From positions 19,285 through 51,284 of the forward strand of contig CAYHAA010000018.1 of the NCBI GenBank assembly GCA_964354495.1: a stretch of DNA of 32,000 bases, read 5' to 3'. This document shows, piece after piece, positions 9,498 to 19,021 of the stretch. Origin of the DNA: an uncultured archaeon. Its GTDB lineage: Archaea > Asgardarchaeota > Thorarchaeia > Thorarchaeales > Thorarchaeaceae. Below the pieces are notes generated by a model. The model worked only from the letters and a program-made list of their open reading frames with translations, ran no database searches and was not told the DNA's origin. A program made the translations under genes and the position numbers. Positions within the stretch are counted from its first letter, which is position 1. Each line of letters begins with the position of its first letter.

Positions 9498-10416
9498 TTC
9501 TCAGCCCTCTTGGATCTGGAATTCTTCCTTCCTCTATCGAACCAAGAATCGAGTCAGCAAGGACCACAAGGTCTTCAATACCGATATTCCTCAATCGGTC
9601 GTCGCCCTTGGGGTGTCCAAGACAATTGTGAACTATCTCCTCAGCGAGGCTCTTTTCCACTCCTATGTTTCGAAACCATATTCCAAGAGCCTTCCTGAGG
9701 GTCTTGTTTGGATACGAGTACAGCCCTGTCACCATCCAATGGAACACATCATCACGCTTTGCACGAGGCCCTTGTGTTCTATGCTTCATCCTCACTACAA
9801 CGGAGTCAACCTCCGGCATGGGGTAGAACATGGTTGCTGGAACGTCCATGAGACGGTCCACTTCTGCTTGGTACCTGATATTGATTGTGAGCCGTGAGTA
9901 GTCCTGCGTTCCTGGGTCTGCATGCAGCCGCTGTGCGAACTCCTTCTGATACATGAGTACTGCCTGATTGAATCTATGCTCGCGCAACAGCCTGAATGTT
10001 ATCTCTGATGAGATACTGTAGGGAAGATTGGAGACCACCTTGGTCGTTTCCGGGAGGGCAATCACCAGAGCATCACCCTCGATGATGGTGATGTTTTCAT
10101 GCTCCCTCAGCAGGTCGCGGAGAGCCCTTGCAAGTCCTGCCTCCAGCTCAATCACATGTACATGACCTGCCCTATGCGCAATCTCTTCTGTGAGAATGCC
10201 GAGTCCTCCCCCGACTTCCAATACCGTATCGTTTCTCGTGACATCTGCAGCAGCCACTATGTCTCGGGCAACAGCTCTGCTCTTTAGAAAACTCTGCCCC
10301 AGTTTCTTGTTCGGTCTCACCCCATATTTCCTGAGTAGCGATTGAATCTCATTGTCAGACAGAGACTTCACCTGAATGTTCACAGTTCTATCGTCGTGGT
10401 CGACGTTCTCGTTCAT
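9481..10416 (-). CDS. rsmA: 16S rRNA m6,6A dimethyltransferase KsgA/RsmA (Dim1)
   Basis: KKLGQSFL, VLEVGGGLGILT, IELE, GDAL, VVSNLPYSIS, YQKEFAQRL and FYPMPEVDS. The start is uncertain (ATG 10416 or GTG 10371). Confidence 0.93.
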   Translation of the reverse strand: MNENVDHDDRTVNIQVKSLSDNEIQSLLRKYGVRPNKKLGQSFLKSRAVARDIVAAADVTRNDTVLEVGGGLGILTEEIAHRAGHVHVIELEAGLARALRDLLREHENITIIEGDALVIALPETTKVVSNLPYSISSEITFRLLREHRFNQAVLMYQKEFAQRLHADPGTQDYSRLTINIRYQAEVDRLMDVPATMFYPMPEVDSVVVRMKHRTQGPRAKRDDVFHWMVTGLYSYPNKTLRKALGIWFRNIGVEKSLAEEIVHNCLGHPKGDDRLRNIGIEDLVVLADSILGSIEEGRIPDPRGLRSERAS

Positions 10417-11011
10417 GCTCTTCGTCGTCTCGTTTTGGAGGCCGCACAAAAATCCAGCGCTTGACGTCCTCTCGGAGTTCCTCAACTATCCTGGCTGTCA
10501 CGGCCTTCTTGGGATTCTGAAGTTTCGTCCTTGCTGCAATGTCATCAAATGTCTTGAAGGGTTCTCGCTTTCGTTCTTCCAGAATTGCCCACATCAGCGT
10601 TTGGCCTATTCCGGGAAGCAATTGAAGTGAATGCTTTCTTGTGGTTAGTGGAGCTGCCTCATTGAAGAACTGCACAAACCTATGCTCGTGTTTTGTCACA
10701 ATCATCTCCACGACAAGAGGTAGCTCGGTGGCACTCTCGGGAGCAAGATCCTCGTAGAGTATTCGCCTCTTGACATGATCAATCTTACCCTTTGAGTTCT
10801 GTTCGATTGAGACTCTCTCCTGGGAGTGCAGCTTGACACCTCTCTCGGGCATCATCTCGAGGAGTGTAAAATGAGACTCGCCAATACCCTGTGCTATTGG
10901 CTCGCCGCGAGGTCTGGAGTCCCTCAGGTACTCTTTTGGAGGAATGACTGACAGGACGTATGCATGTGTCTCGAACATCCTGTTTTGTTGTCCTTCCAAC
11001 CATGACCACAT
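10388..11011 (-). CDS. DUF655 putative RNA-binding protein
   Basis: AQGIGESHFTLLEM, FVQFFNEAAPLTTRKHSLQLLPGIG and PFKTFDDI; sits in the conserved rpo4-DUF655-rsmA order. The start may be the ATG at 10978. Confidence 0.88.
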   Translation of the reverse strand: MWSWLEGQQNRMFETHAYVLSVIPPKEYLRDSRPRGEPIAQGIGESHFTLLEMMPERGVKLHSQERVSIEQNSKGKIDHVKRRILYEDLAPESATELPLVVEMIVTKHEHRFVQFFNEAAPLTTRKHSLQLLPGIGQTLMWAILEERKREPFKTFDDIAARTKLQNPKKAVTARIVEELREDVKRWIFVRPPKRDDEEHERERRPRR

Positions 11012-11134
11012 CCGGTTATACTGGAGTACATTGTGGTATTGGTCTTCGGCAACGGATAAAAACTAATCGGACCAAGAAGCAGTCCTCGGCCTTCTGGCAC
11101 GACTGCTCGTGGGATTAAGATATGTCTATACTGT

Positions 11135-11470
11135 CTAAGATCGGCTCTTGACCATCAGGTCTAGAACCTCGATGAGTTTCTCATCGGTGAAACTCGTCAG
11201 GCGGGTATCGAAGATGGACTTCAATTCCTCCACCGTGATAGGAGCAATATTCACGATTTGGACTGCTTGGGACCTCGTGACGCCATAGCTTTCTATCAGC
11301 TTCTCGACAAGCTTTGTAGCTACTGCAGGTGCCATCCTCGAAAACGTTGTGGCATGTTCGAGAGTTATCGACTGCTGAAAAGACAGTTCTCCCTCTTTTG
11401 CTCGTTGGGCCAAGACTTTCTTGACCTGTGGAAGAGTGATTTCTTCCTCACTGATTATCTCCTTGGGCAT
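11135..11470 (-). CDS. rpo4: RNA polymerase subunit Rpo4 (RpoF)
   Basis: IISEEEITLPQVKKVL, LSFQQSITLEH and AVQIVNIAPITVEELKSI; directly downstream of rpl21e. Confidence 0.9.
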   Translation of the reverse strand: MPKEIISEEEITLPQVKKVLAQRAKEGELSFQQSITLEHATTFSRMAPAVATKLVEKLIESYGVTRSQAVQIVNIAPITVEELKSIFDTRLTSFTDEKLIEVLDLMVKSRS

Positions 11471-11479
11471 TTCTATCCC

Positions 11480-11776
11480 TCAATTCTTATTGACTCGGAG
11501 ATGCTCAGGTCTAATGATGAGGCTTCTCTTGGCTTTCCCTATGCCGACATCGACAAGAACGGCTCGCCCACGAACTCCAGTGGCGATTCCCGTCTTTCCC
11601 TGATATCTCTTATGAGGCATACCCTTGTGGAAAGCTGAATCGATGACGATATTCACACGCTGGCCTGCTTCATATTGAACGAGTACATTGTCTGGTGAGC
11701 TCACGCCCTTCTCACGCACTCTCTTGGTCATGAGGGCACGTGTACGGACTCGGTATCCATGACTCTTCTTTACCAC
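11480..11776 (-). CDS. rpl21e: 50S ribosomal protein eL21
   Basis: SHGYRVRTR, FHKGMPHKRYQGKTG and IIRPEHL. Confidence 0.96.
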   Translation of the reverse strand: MVKKSHGYRVRTRALMTKRVREKGVSSPDNVLVQYEAGQRVNIVIDSAFHKGMPHKRYQGKTGIATGVRGRAVLVDVGIGKAKRSLIIRPEHLRVNKN

Positions 11777-11851
11777 AAGTCATCACTACGAATTACTCTC
11801 TCTCGAGTGCTCTGCCTGAGCTGAACTACACTCGAGGTCCAGCATGACCTC

Positions 11852-11876
11852 TTGGGTCACCACTTAAGGATTTCGC
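11852..11876 (-). promoter_or_regulatory. Putative BRE-TATA promoter of the rpl21e-rpo4-DUF655-rsmA-hemK operon
   Basis: Minus strand GCGAAATCCTTAAGTGGTGACCCAA: a purine-rich BRE-like CGAAA followed by CTTAAG, about 90 nt upstream of the rpl21e start. Confidence 0.5.
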
Positions 11877-11903
11877 AACAGTCACTCTTTTCGAGAAGTG
11901 GCA

Positions 11904-13301
11904 TCAGCGCTCGTCACTGTATATTGCAGTGACATTAAGCTCCTTACAAACACAGCCTGTTCCAAGCACTTCGGCGATAGACGGCTTGGTCCTTCCTGCA
12001 TCTCCTGAGATGAGCTCCTTGATGTACGTACCACCTTGGACCTTGAAGAATGCTTGAAGAGTACCATCTCTCTCGCGTGTCATGCGAATCTGGTGAATCC
12101 GTTTCTTTCTCACCAAGTCGCTCCTTCGATGAGAGACTCGATTCGGAGTCCTCTGTTCAATCACAACATCCTGAAACAACTGAACTACCCTCTGGATCGC
12201 ATCATCAGTCACGGGATTCTCAGTCTGGATGACTGCAGCATATTCCTTGACATTTGATGATGCATCCTCCTTCAGTTTCTGCAGGCGATGCCTGTCAGTA
12301 AGTTCCAAGTCCTGAACTTCGATTCTACCCCCGGCCTCGCTGTTAATAGTCCGGGTTAAGGCTTGGAGGTCTGGTTTCCGTACTCGCGGCTGTGTCACCT
12401 CGACAACAAAGGGTCTCCCCTTGCCCAGCATGAGGACATCTACATCCTCTCTACCTGCAGCATGGAACTTGAAGCGAGAGCCATATGCAAGGCGCTGTGC
12501 ATGAATCCCAACATATTCTGATATTGAGTCTGGGTACTTCCTTCCGGTTCCGCCACAATCATCACAGCCCCTACCCTTGCACTTCTTACAGTCCCATCTA
12601 CTCTGAGGCACACCTCGGACCAACTTCCGATATCTCCCGTAGATGAATACTGGATTGATCTGCAGTCGCACCTCATCTTGATTCATATCATAGATGAACA
12701 CGGCATCCGGTTTCTCAAAGTCTACGGGCTTTCCCAATAGCTCCTGTAATTGAATGCCTGTTAGACGATTGAAATGTGACTTCAAGGTCTCTGAGTGCAG
12801 AGTCGAGTATGTTGCAGTCATCTCATCTTGCCGCTCTACTAAGAGGGGCGAAGGTATTGATCCCGCAAGGACAGTCTCGAATTCGACCTGACCTGCACAT
12901 TCAGCCATCCGTCGAGCAATCATCGGGATTCTATCAAATATTGAGCTACCGTCAATGAAACATAGGTGACAGCTATCTCTCGTCACATAGTCGATTGAGT
13001 TCTTAGTTGCGATGGCCTGTGCAGGAGCAAACATACCATTGCCAGCAAGGGTCTCAATGGAATGCCTTCCTGCGTCACTGTCCTCGGACTTAAGCTGGTC
13101 ATCGGCAATCATACATAGGATTAGCTTAATGGAATGCCCCCGGTCCTCATTGGATGTTGCAGTGCCCAACCACGCGAATTGCCGGCCTAGACATCGATCG
13201 CAGAGAGTGTGCTGATTGAGCATCTCTTGTGCAGTTTTCAGCATACCATATTCATCAAGATTAGTCATAGGCCTTGACCTCTTGCCGCTCCTGACGGGCA
13301 T
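11904..13301 (-). CDS. pus10: tRNA pseudouridine(54/55) synthase Pus10
   Basis: LCDRCLGRQF, YGRYRKLVRGVPQSRW, catalytic FHAAGREDVDVLMLG, GRPFVVE, EQRTPNRVSHRR and GGTYIKELISGD. The start may be 13268. Confidence 0.95.
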   Translation of the reverse strand: MPVRSGKRSRPMTNLDEYGMLKTAQEMLNQHTLCDRCLGRQFAWLGTATSNEDRGHSIKLILCMIADDQLKSEDSDAGRHSIETLAGNGMFAPAQAIATKNSIDYVTRDSCHLCFIDGSSIFDRIPMIARRMAECAGQVEFETVLAGSIPSPLLVERQDEMTATYSTLHSETLKSHFNRLTGIQLQELLGKPVDFEKPDAVFIYDMNQDEVRLQINPVFIYGRYRKLVRGVPQSRWDCKKCKGRGCDDCGGTGRKYPDSISEYVGIHAQRLAYGSRFKFHAAGREDVDVLMLGKGRPFVVEVTQPRVRKPDLQALTRTINSEAGGRIEVQDLELTDRHRLQKLKEDASSNVKEYAAVIQTENPVTDDAIQRVVQLFQDVVIEQRTPNRVSHRRSDLVRKKRIHQIRMTRERDGTLQAFFKVQGGTYIKELISGDAGRTKPSIAEVLGTGCVCKELNVTAIYSDER

Positions 13302-13305
13302 CCAT

Positions 13306-14517
13306 TCATAAAAACGGATTGATATATCTAATAGCTCGAAGTCCCAATAGGACCATCCGAGGGTCTGTCACTAGTCTCTTTATGACTTTCCCCTGAAGGT
13401 CCATATCCCCTTCGCTCTTCACAACATCAAGAAGTCCTAGTTCTGCCGCATCCTTGATGATGGAGTCTAATCCCTTGTCGCTCAAGGATGACAGAGCTCT
13501 CTGCGTCAGATACATTGCACGCAGTTCATTGAAGACCATGGACTTGCATTGTTTCTCATATTGTTTGATGCTTCCTACTTTAGCGTCTTGAGAGAGAGCT
13601 TCAGCAACCGCCTTACCTGCTATTCTCGCTGTGATTCCCCCCAAGATTACGCCCCCACCAGTTGTGGCCTTCACAATGCCTGCAGTATCACCCACGGCCA
13701 GAACATTCCGATGAGTCAGCTTCGCAATAGGCATCCCGACTAGCACAATACCCCCAAGTGATCGTTCAATCTTTGCGCCCTCTAACCTCCTAGCTAGTAT
13801 CTTGTGATGGGCAATGAGTGCATCGAGACGTGCCCTTGATTTGTTTCGAGCTGCTAGTCCTACTCTGGCTCTTTTCTCTCCTAGCGGTATGATCCAAGCA
13901 AAGAATCCCGGCGCGACATTTCGTCCATAGAACATCTCCACCATATCGTCATCAAGATTGACACCTGAGACTTCATACTGGAATGCCGGATACTTGCTAG
14001 ACTTCTCCACGGCAGGAAGCCCCACACTTCTCGACAAGCGACAACGAGAACCCTCGGCAATGATGAAGCATTTCGATTTCAGTTCATTCTCATTCTTCTC
14101 ATTGACCCGAATTGTCCGGACTAGGGCGCCTTCTCTAGTGAATCCTGTTGCCTTGGCATTGGTTGTAATGTCTACTCCTGAATCTATCGCTCTATTTGCA
14201 ACCCATGCATCAAAACGTCTTCGATCGATAACACACGCCTCTCTTTCTGCCCGCTCAATGGTCACGGAATTGCCCGAGGGAGAATAGATTCTCGCACCCG
14301 ATACCGTGTTCTGTATGATGCCCTCTGGCATTCGCAGTCCTAAGCGTGCGAGTCCTGATGTGCTGAGAAGTCCTGCACAGTGGTCTGGCTCGCCAACACG
14401 CTCATGTTCCTCTACCACACGAACATGGAACCCTCTCTTGGCTATCTCTGTCGCTGCAAAGAGACCTGCTGGCCCAGCGCCAATGACAAGAGCATCATAA
14501 TCCATTGTTGTACCCAT
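13306..14517 (-). CDS. Geranylgeranyl reductase-family FAD oxidoreductase (DGGR-like)
   Basis: Rossmann motif VIGAGPAG, CAG, IDRRRFD, APGFFAWIIP and AVGDTAG...GGG. Confidence 0.85.
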   Translation of the reverse strand: MGTTMDYDALVIGAGPAGLFAATEIAKRGFHVRVVEEHERVGEPDHCAGLLSTSGLARLGLRMPEGIIQNTVSGARIYSPSGNSVTIERAEREACVIDRRRFDAWVANRAIDSGVDITTNAKATGFTREGALVRTIRVNEKNENELKSKCFIIAEGSRCRLSRSVGLPAVEKSSKYPAFQYEVSGVNLDDDMVEMFYGRNVAPGFFAWIIPLGEKRARVGLAARNKSRARLDALIAHHKILARRLEGAKIERSLGGIVLVGMPIAKLTHRNVLAVGDTAGIVKATTGGGVILGGITARIAGKAVAEALSQDAKVGSIKQYEKQCKSMVFNELRAMYLTQRALSSLSDKGLDSIIKDAAELGLLDVVKSEGDMDLQGKVIKRLVTDPRMVLLGLRAIRYINPFL

Positions 14518-14577
14518 TCAGACATGCCGAGGGCACGTTTTTAACTCTCCCCTCAGAAGAGCTTTGGAGCGCCCACG

Positions 14578-14946
14578 ATGATAGCAGGGAAATTCCAGTA
14601 TAAACAGGTCATTGCTGTCAGAACTGACCTTGGCATGAGCAGAGGGAAGATGGCAGTGCAGGTGGCACACGGGTCGCTGAGTGCTTCGGAGAATGCCCGT
14701 GTCGCACACCAAGATATCTGGCATGCCTGGTATAGAGAGGGTCAGAAGAAGGTTGCAGTCAAGGTGTCCTCTGAGGAGGAGCTCTTGGAACTGAGAAGAC
14801 AGGCAATAAACCACAGACTGCCGCATGCTTTGATTCGCGATGCTGGAATGACCGAGCTACCTCCTGGAACAATAACAGTCTTGGGTATTGGCCCTGCAAA
14901 GTCTGAAGTCATGGACGGAGTCACCGGAGATCTCAAGCTACTATAG
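14578..14946 (+). CDS. pth2: Peptidyl-tRNA hydrolase 2
   Basis: YKQVIAVRTDLGMSRGKMAVQVAHGS, GQKKVAVKV, IRDAGMTELPPGTITVLGIGP and VTGDLKLL. Confidence 0.96.
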   Translation: MIAGKFQYKQVIAVRTDLGMSRGKMAVQVAHGSLSASENARVAHQDIWHAWYREGQKKVAVKVSSEEELLELRRQAINHRLPHALIRDAGMTELPPGTITVLGIGPAKSEVMDGVTGDLKLL

Positions 14947-14956
14947 AGGGATTTTG

Positions 14957-16297
14957 GTGAAGGAAGGTCACCCTTTTGAAAAGCCATTTGGTATGGAGTT
15001 CTATTCCACGGACAGCATCGGAATCGGTGGCAGGCTCAAGAGGAGATACGAGGACTTCCTGGTAGAGGAGATTGCTTCCGATGGAGTAGTAATCAGTTTC
15101 AAAGACTGGCAAGAGAGACCAATCAGAGAATCAGTCATTGCAGGGAAGAGAGATAGGTATGTTATCTTCACGGTTCAAAAGATGGGCATCTCGACTATGG
15201 ATGTTTCAAACATACTTGCATCGTCACTGAAGCTTCCGCGGAATTTTGTCTCATATGCTGGGTTGAAAGATAAGCGTGCGATTACAGTCCAACAGATGTC
15301 AGTTTCCTCTCAAGCAGCAGGTGAGCTGACAAAGCTAGAACTCTCACGGATAGATCTTCGTGATTTTTGTTACACTCGCCATCCTCTTCAGATAGGTGAT
15401 CTCTGGGGGAATAGATTCACAATCATCCTTAGGGATCTGGAAGCTGACCGTGTCACGGCAACACAAGCAGTGGAAGCAGTCCGAGGAACTCCTCTGCTCA
15501 ACTATTTTGGAGTTCAACGGTTCGGACTTCCTAGACCCAGCACTCATCTTGCGGGGAAATCTCTCATCAAACGAGACTTCGAGGAAGCAGTCCGAATCAT
15601 GCTCTGTACTGAAAGTGCATTTGAGTCAGAGGAGCTGAAGCAGGTTCGGCTGAGACTGACTGAAGACCTCACGCCCACGGAGAATATGATTCGCGCCTTT
15701 CCAAGAGACCTGAATTATGAACGGACCGTCTTGACTGAACTCATCAAACATCCTGGTGAATTCGAACGTGCTCTGCAGAGGGTGCCACCACGTGTTCTCA
15801 CATTGATGGTGCATGCCTACCAGTCCTACCTCTTCAATCGTCTTCTCAGTCAGCGAGCAGCTGCGAAACTATCCCTTGTCCAGCCAATACCTGGTGACTT
15901 CATGATTGAACTGGACACGACCCACTCAGGGCGCGATTCGTGGCTCTTCGTGACTGAGCGGTCATTGGAGGAACGAATCAAGCAGGTAGAAGTGGGAAAA
16001 TATGGACTGGCGCTACCGGTACTAGGGTACACGACTCGACTTCCGCCAACTCCACAGACAGACTCACTCAGGGCGCTCATGAAAGAAGAAGGCATCACAC
16101 TTCGGGACTTCAGAGACCCAAACACAAGGTCTCTCGACTCGCCGGGAGGGCTCCACCTCGCAGCGATTCTGATAGATGATCTTGATGTATCGTTTGTTGA
16201 TGAGGGTCTCCGGGTTGTATTCAGCCTGAGAAAGGGATCATACGCAACAGTAGTTCTGCGCGAACTAATGAAGAACCATCCAATCAATCGAGTATGA
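14957..16297 (+). CDS. truD: tRNA pseudouridine(13) synthase TruD
   Basis: EDFLVEEI, catalytic YAGLKDKRAITVQ, GDLWGNRFTI, NYFGVQRFG, HAYQSYLFN and FSLRKGSYAT. Start trimmed to the GTG at 14957, just after the pth2 stop. Confidence 0.95.
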   Translation: MKEGHPFEKPFGMEFYSTDSIGIGGRLKRRYEDFLVEEIASDGVVISFKDWQERPIRESVIAGKRDRYVIFTVQKMGISTMDVSNILASSLKLPRNFVSYAGLKDKRAITVQQMSVSSQAAGELTKLELSRIDLRDFCYTRHPLQIGDLWGNRFTIILRDLEADRVTATQAVEAVRGTPLLNYFGVQRFGLPRPSTHLAGKSLIKRDFEEAVRIMLCTESAFESEELKQVRLRLTEDLTPTENMIRAFPRDLNYERTVLTELIKHPGEFERALQRVPPRVLTLMVHAYQSYLFNRLLSQRAAAKLSLVQPIPGDFMIELDTTHSGRDSWLFVTERSLEERIKQVEVGKYGLALPVLGYTTRLPPTPQTDSLRALMKEEGITLRDFRDPNTRSLDSPGGLHLAAILIDDLDVSFVDEGLRVVFSLRKGSYATVVLRELMKNHPINRV

Positions 16298-16304
16298 TTC
16301 GCAG

Positions 16305-16892
16305 CTACCTGGAACGCTGATCCTCTATCTCTTTCATGCGTTCCTCAAACTCGTCTTTAGTCTCTTCGTCTTTCACTATTCTCCTCCGATCATCTCGGAA
16401 TTCGAAGAGAACAGACTCGTTCATGATAGCTGAGATGATGAATCGAAGCTCCTCCTTACTGTACTTGATTCTCTCCCTGTCTGCTTCTCGGAGTATGACA
16501 ATGCTCTCCCTCGCTCCATCTGGTGAGTGGAGACTATTGACGCCCACCTCATTTGCTGGAGAAATGAACTCTCTGACCACAGTCCGTAGTTTCGCAGGTC
16601 CCTCTATGACAATGAGCTCCCCGAATCGCTCAGTCATCTCATGAGTCAAGGACTCCTCTGAGAGTAAGAGCTCCTTATTCTTCTTCTTCACCACGAGGAC
16701 CAGGCGGTTTCCTGCCTTGGCTGCTTTCAAGATAACCAGGTTCTCAAGATTCGGATGTTCCTTTTCCCTGTCCAGTAACCATTTGCTGAACTCGATGTCG
16801 AATTTTGTGATTTCCCCTCGTTCAAGCCTAGCTTGGCAGTTTGAGCATAACATATCAGATTCTACATCAAAGTTGCAGACCGGCAGTCGCAT
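16305..16892 (-). CDS. Archaeal NusA-like KH-domain protein with N-terminal Cys cluster
   Basis: MRLPVCNFD...MLCSNCQARLERGEITKFDIE matches the N-terminus of the archaeal NusA-like (second NusA paralog) family as I recall it; degenerate KH-like core. Confidence 0.65.
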   Translation of the reverse strand: MRLPVCNFDVESDMLCSNCQARLERGEITKFDIEFSKWLLDREKEHPNLENLVILKAAKAGNRLVLVVKKKNKELLLSEESLTHEMTERFGELIVIEGPAKLRTVVREFISPANEVGVNSLHSPDGARESIVILREADRERIKYSKEELRFIISAIMNESVLFEFRDDRRRIVKDEETKDEFEERMKEIEDQRSR

Positions 16893-16958
16893 TTGTTCTT
16901 CCTCGCCAGTTTCGAAGGCTCAGTAGAAACTGGACTTCGGGTGACAACATAAATGCAT

Positions 16959-17297
16959 CTATTTTGAGAGTGTTATGTCAATGGTTGACACATTCAGGTC
17001 GCTGCCTTTATCCGTCTGGACCGTGGTAGTGTCGATCTCAATATGCTTGACTGAGAGACCCTCTATGAATCTGTGTCTAGTGATCTCTGCAACATCGACA
17101 GCGCGGCTGATGAGCCGTCCTCTTGCCTTTATGACGACTTCTGTTGCGCCCTTATTGAATAGTGTCACACAAGCCAGTACATAGGACATGACATTCTTGT
17201 TACCAACTAAGATGCAGTCCATGTTGTTGTTTCCCCGCAGTTCCTTTTCTTCAGTTTTCTTACTGCTGGGTCTCTTTCCAGTGCTTTCCTCCGTCAT
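16959..17297 (-). CDS. albA: DNA/RNA-binding protein Alba
   Basis: [33 protein letters not shown] and VSTIDITL; charged N-terminal extension. Confidence 0.95.
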   Translation of the reverse strand: MTEESTGKRPSSKKTEEKELRGNNNMDCILVGNKNVMSYVLACVTLFNKGATEVVIKARGRLISRAVDVAEITRHRFIEGLSVKHIEIDTTTVQTDKGSDLNVSTIDITLSK

Positions 17298-17489
17298 GCG
17301 AACTCTCTCCGCCTACTACTGGGACCTACTCTTAGTGATGAGTCGTACCTTCCTTATGTAGATTTTGTAAAGCTATAGGCCTCAAGGGCATGTGTAAACC
17401 AAGAAAAATCTGTTTTGGTCTTCACAAGGATACCTTTGCAAACCTTTTTCTTGGCCAGACAGTGGCGTGCAGCTGGATGTTGTCTGCAG

Positions 17490-18755
17490 ATGGCGAAACT
17501 AACATTTCTTGGTTCCTGTAGAGAGGTTGGCCGTTCTGGTTTTTCCCTTGAAGAAAAGGATGAGAGCTTTCTTGTAGACTTTGGTGTCAAGTTTACAGAA
17601 CCTCCTACATTTCCTGATATGATACCAACAGAGGGCCTTCAGGGAGTCGCTCTTACACATGCTCATCTTGACCATTCTGGAGGTATTCCATTAATCCTTA
17701 AGGCGACCGAGGCATCTCTCTTCTGTACGCCAGCGACCCGTGATCTAAGTATCCTTCTTCTTCGCGACATGTACAAGATATCACATGGTAGATTGCCGTT
17801 CACTCTCAAGGATATTGCCGCTATGCGGAAACAATGTCAGTCCACATCATACGAGGAAACCATGCCCATTGGTCGTCATTTCGAGATGACCCTCTTCAAT
17901 GCAGGACATATACCCGGCAGCGCCATGGTTTCAATCAGAGTGGATGGCAAACGAATTCTATTCACTGGGGACTTCAATGCAACTGAAACGCATCTCAATC
18001 CTGGTGCCAGAAAGAATCTTCCGAAACATGATATTGTTGTGACGGAGAGCACCTATGCTCGTCGTATCAACCCTCCGCGACAGGCCACCGAAGAGGCCCT
18101 CATTCAGACGGTCATCGAGACCGTCGAACGTGGGGGTACTGTTCTCATTCCTGCCTTCGGTGTGGGCAGAAGTCAAGAGATCCTGTGCATCCTAGAAGGA
18201 GCGAATCTCCCCAAGAAATACCCAATCTATATCGATGGAATGGCACGCGCTGTCAACGAGATACTTGTACGCCATCCTCAATATCTGCAGAGCCCTCAAG
18301 CGCTTCAGAGAGCTGCAGGGCGTGCGCTCATCATCAACGACGACCGCGACCGAAGAAATGCGGTAAAACCGGGCAGCGTCATCGTTTCGCCTGCAGGCAT
18401 GCTCAAGGGCGGCGCATCAACTCTCTATTTCAAGATGCTTCATGATGACCCTAAGAACGCGATTGTGTTCGTGAGCTTTCAGATTCCAGGCACTCCTGGG
18501 GAAGAGCTTCTCCGGACAGGAAAGGTCATGGCAGGGAATCGTGTGTACAAGGTGGCTGCAGATGTCCGTCAACACCATCTATCATCACACTCTGACTCCA
18601 GAGGTCTGCTAGATATGCTGACGATGATACCCGGTGAGCCTGAATTCTACCTAGTCCATGGCGAGTCTGAATCCTGTGATGCACTTGCTGAGAAACTGGA
18701 AAAACGAGGAAAGAAGGCTCATGTCGCAGAGCTCAATCAGAAGATAGTATTCTAA
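17490..18755 (+). CDS. beta-CASP metallo-beta-lactamase ribonuclease without KH domains (aCPSF1b/aCPSF2-like)
   Basis: LTFLGSCREVGRS, DFG, THAHLDH, AGHIPGS, TGD, ESTY, GRSQE, SSHSD and VHGE. Start trimmed to the ATG at 17490. Confidence 0.9.
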   Translation: MAKLTFLGSCREVGRSGFSLEEKDESFLVDFGVKFTEPPTFPDMIPTEGLQGVALTHAHLDHSGGIPLILKATEASLFCTPATRDLSILLLRDMYKISHGRLPFTLKDIAAMRKQCQSTSYEETMPIGRHFEMTLFNAGHIPGSAMVSIRVDGKRILFTGDFNATETHLNPGARKNLPKHDIVVTESTYARRINPPRQATEEALIQTVIETVERGGTVLIPAFGVGRSQEILCILEGANLPKKYPIYIDGMARAVNEILVRHPQYLQSPQALQRAAGRALIINDDRDRRNAVKPGSVIVSPAGMLKGGASTLYFKMLHDDPKNAIVFVSFQIPGTPGEELLRTGKVMAGNRVYKVAADVRQHHLSSHSDSRGLLDMLTMIPGEPEFYLVHGESESCDALAEKLEKRGKKAHVAELNQKIVF

Positions 18756-18973
18756 GCCTCTCCAGGTTTGGTCTCTGTTCTAGCCTCGATGATCTGGCAC
18801 TTCACCTGCTGGAGGATCTCTTCAGCCTTCTGGGGCTCAAGGATGATGGTGTAGAGGTATCTATTCGTGCGGAGTTTGAGCTTGACCGAATCCGTGCCCC
18901 TCTTGACACGACACTCTTTCGCATCCTCGGTCATCTCGAGGAACTTGTCAACATCGGTGATTATTCTTGGCAT
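18752..18973 (-). CDS. rpl38e: 50S ribosomal protein eL38
   Basis: MPRIITDVDKFLEM...DSVKLKLRTNRYLYTI...KAEEI parallels the eL38 consensus MP+.I.+...FL...VK.K+R..RYLYT+...KAE.L. Confidence 0.88.
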   Translation of the reverse strand: MPRIITDVDKFLEMTEDAKECRVKRGTDSVKLKLRTNRYLYTIILEPQKAEEILQQVKCQIIEARTETKPGEA

Positions 18974-18998
18974 TTGAACGCCCCATTGTGCTGTTTGG

Positions 18999-19021
18999 TG
19001 GTGGGCCGGGGGAGGTTTGAA
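18999..19021 (-). other. Isolated tRNA-3'-end-like fragment (T loop, T-stem 3' strand, acceptor 3' strand, ACCA)
   Basis: Minus strand TTCAAAC-CTCCC-CCGGCCC-ACCA, preceded by TGGAG (imperfect T-stem partner, 3 extra nt); no 5' half nearby. Confidence 0.5.

Noticed and set aside
11802-11836. D-arm-like TA-GTTC-AGCTCAGGCA-GAGC in the rpl21e leader, suggesting a permuted or split tRNA
   Set aside because: No T arm, acceptor partner or anticodon loop nearby; retained only as a leader hairpin.
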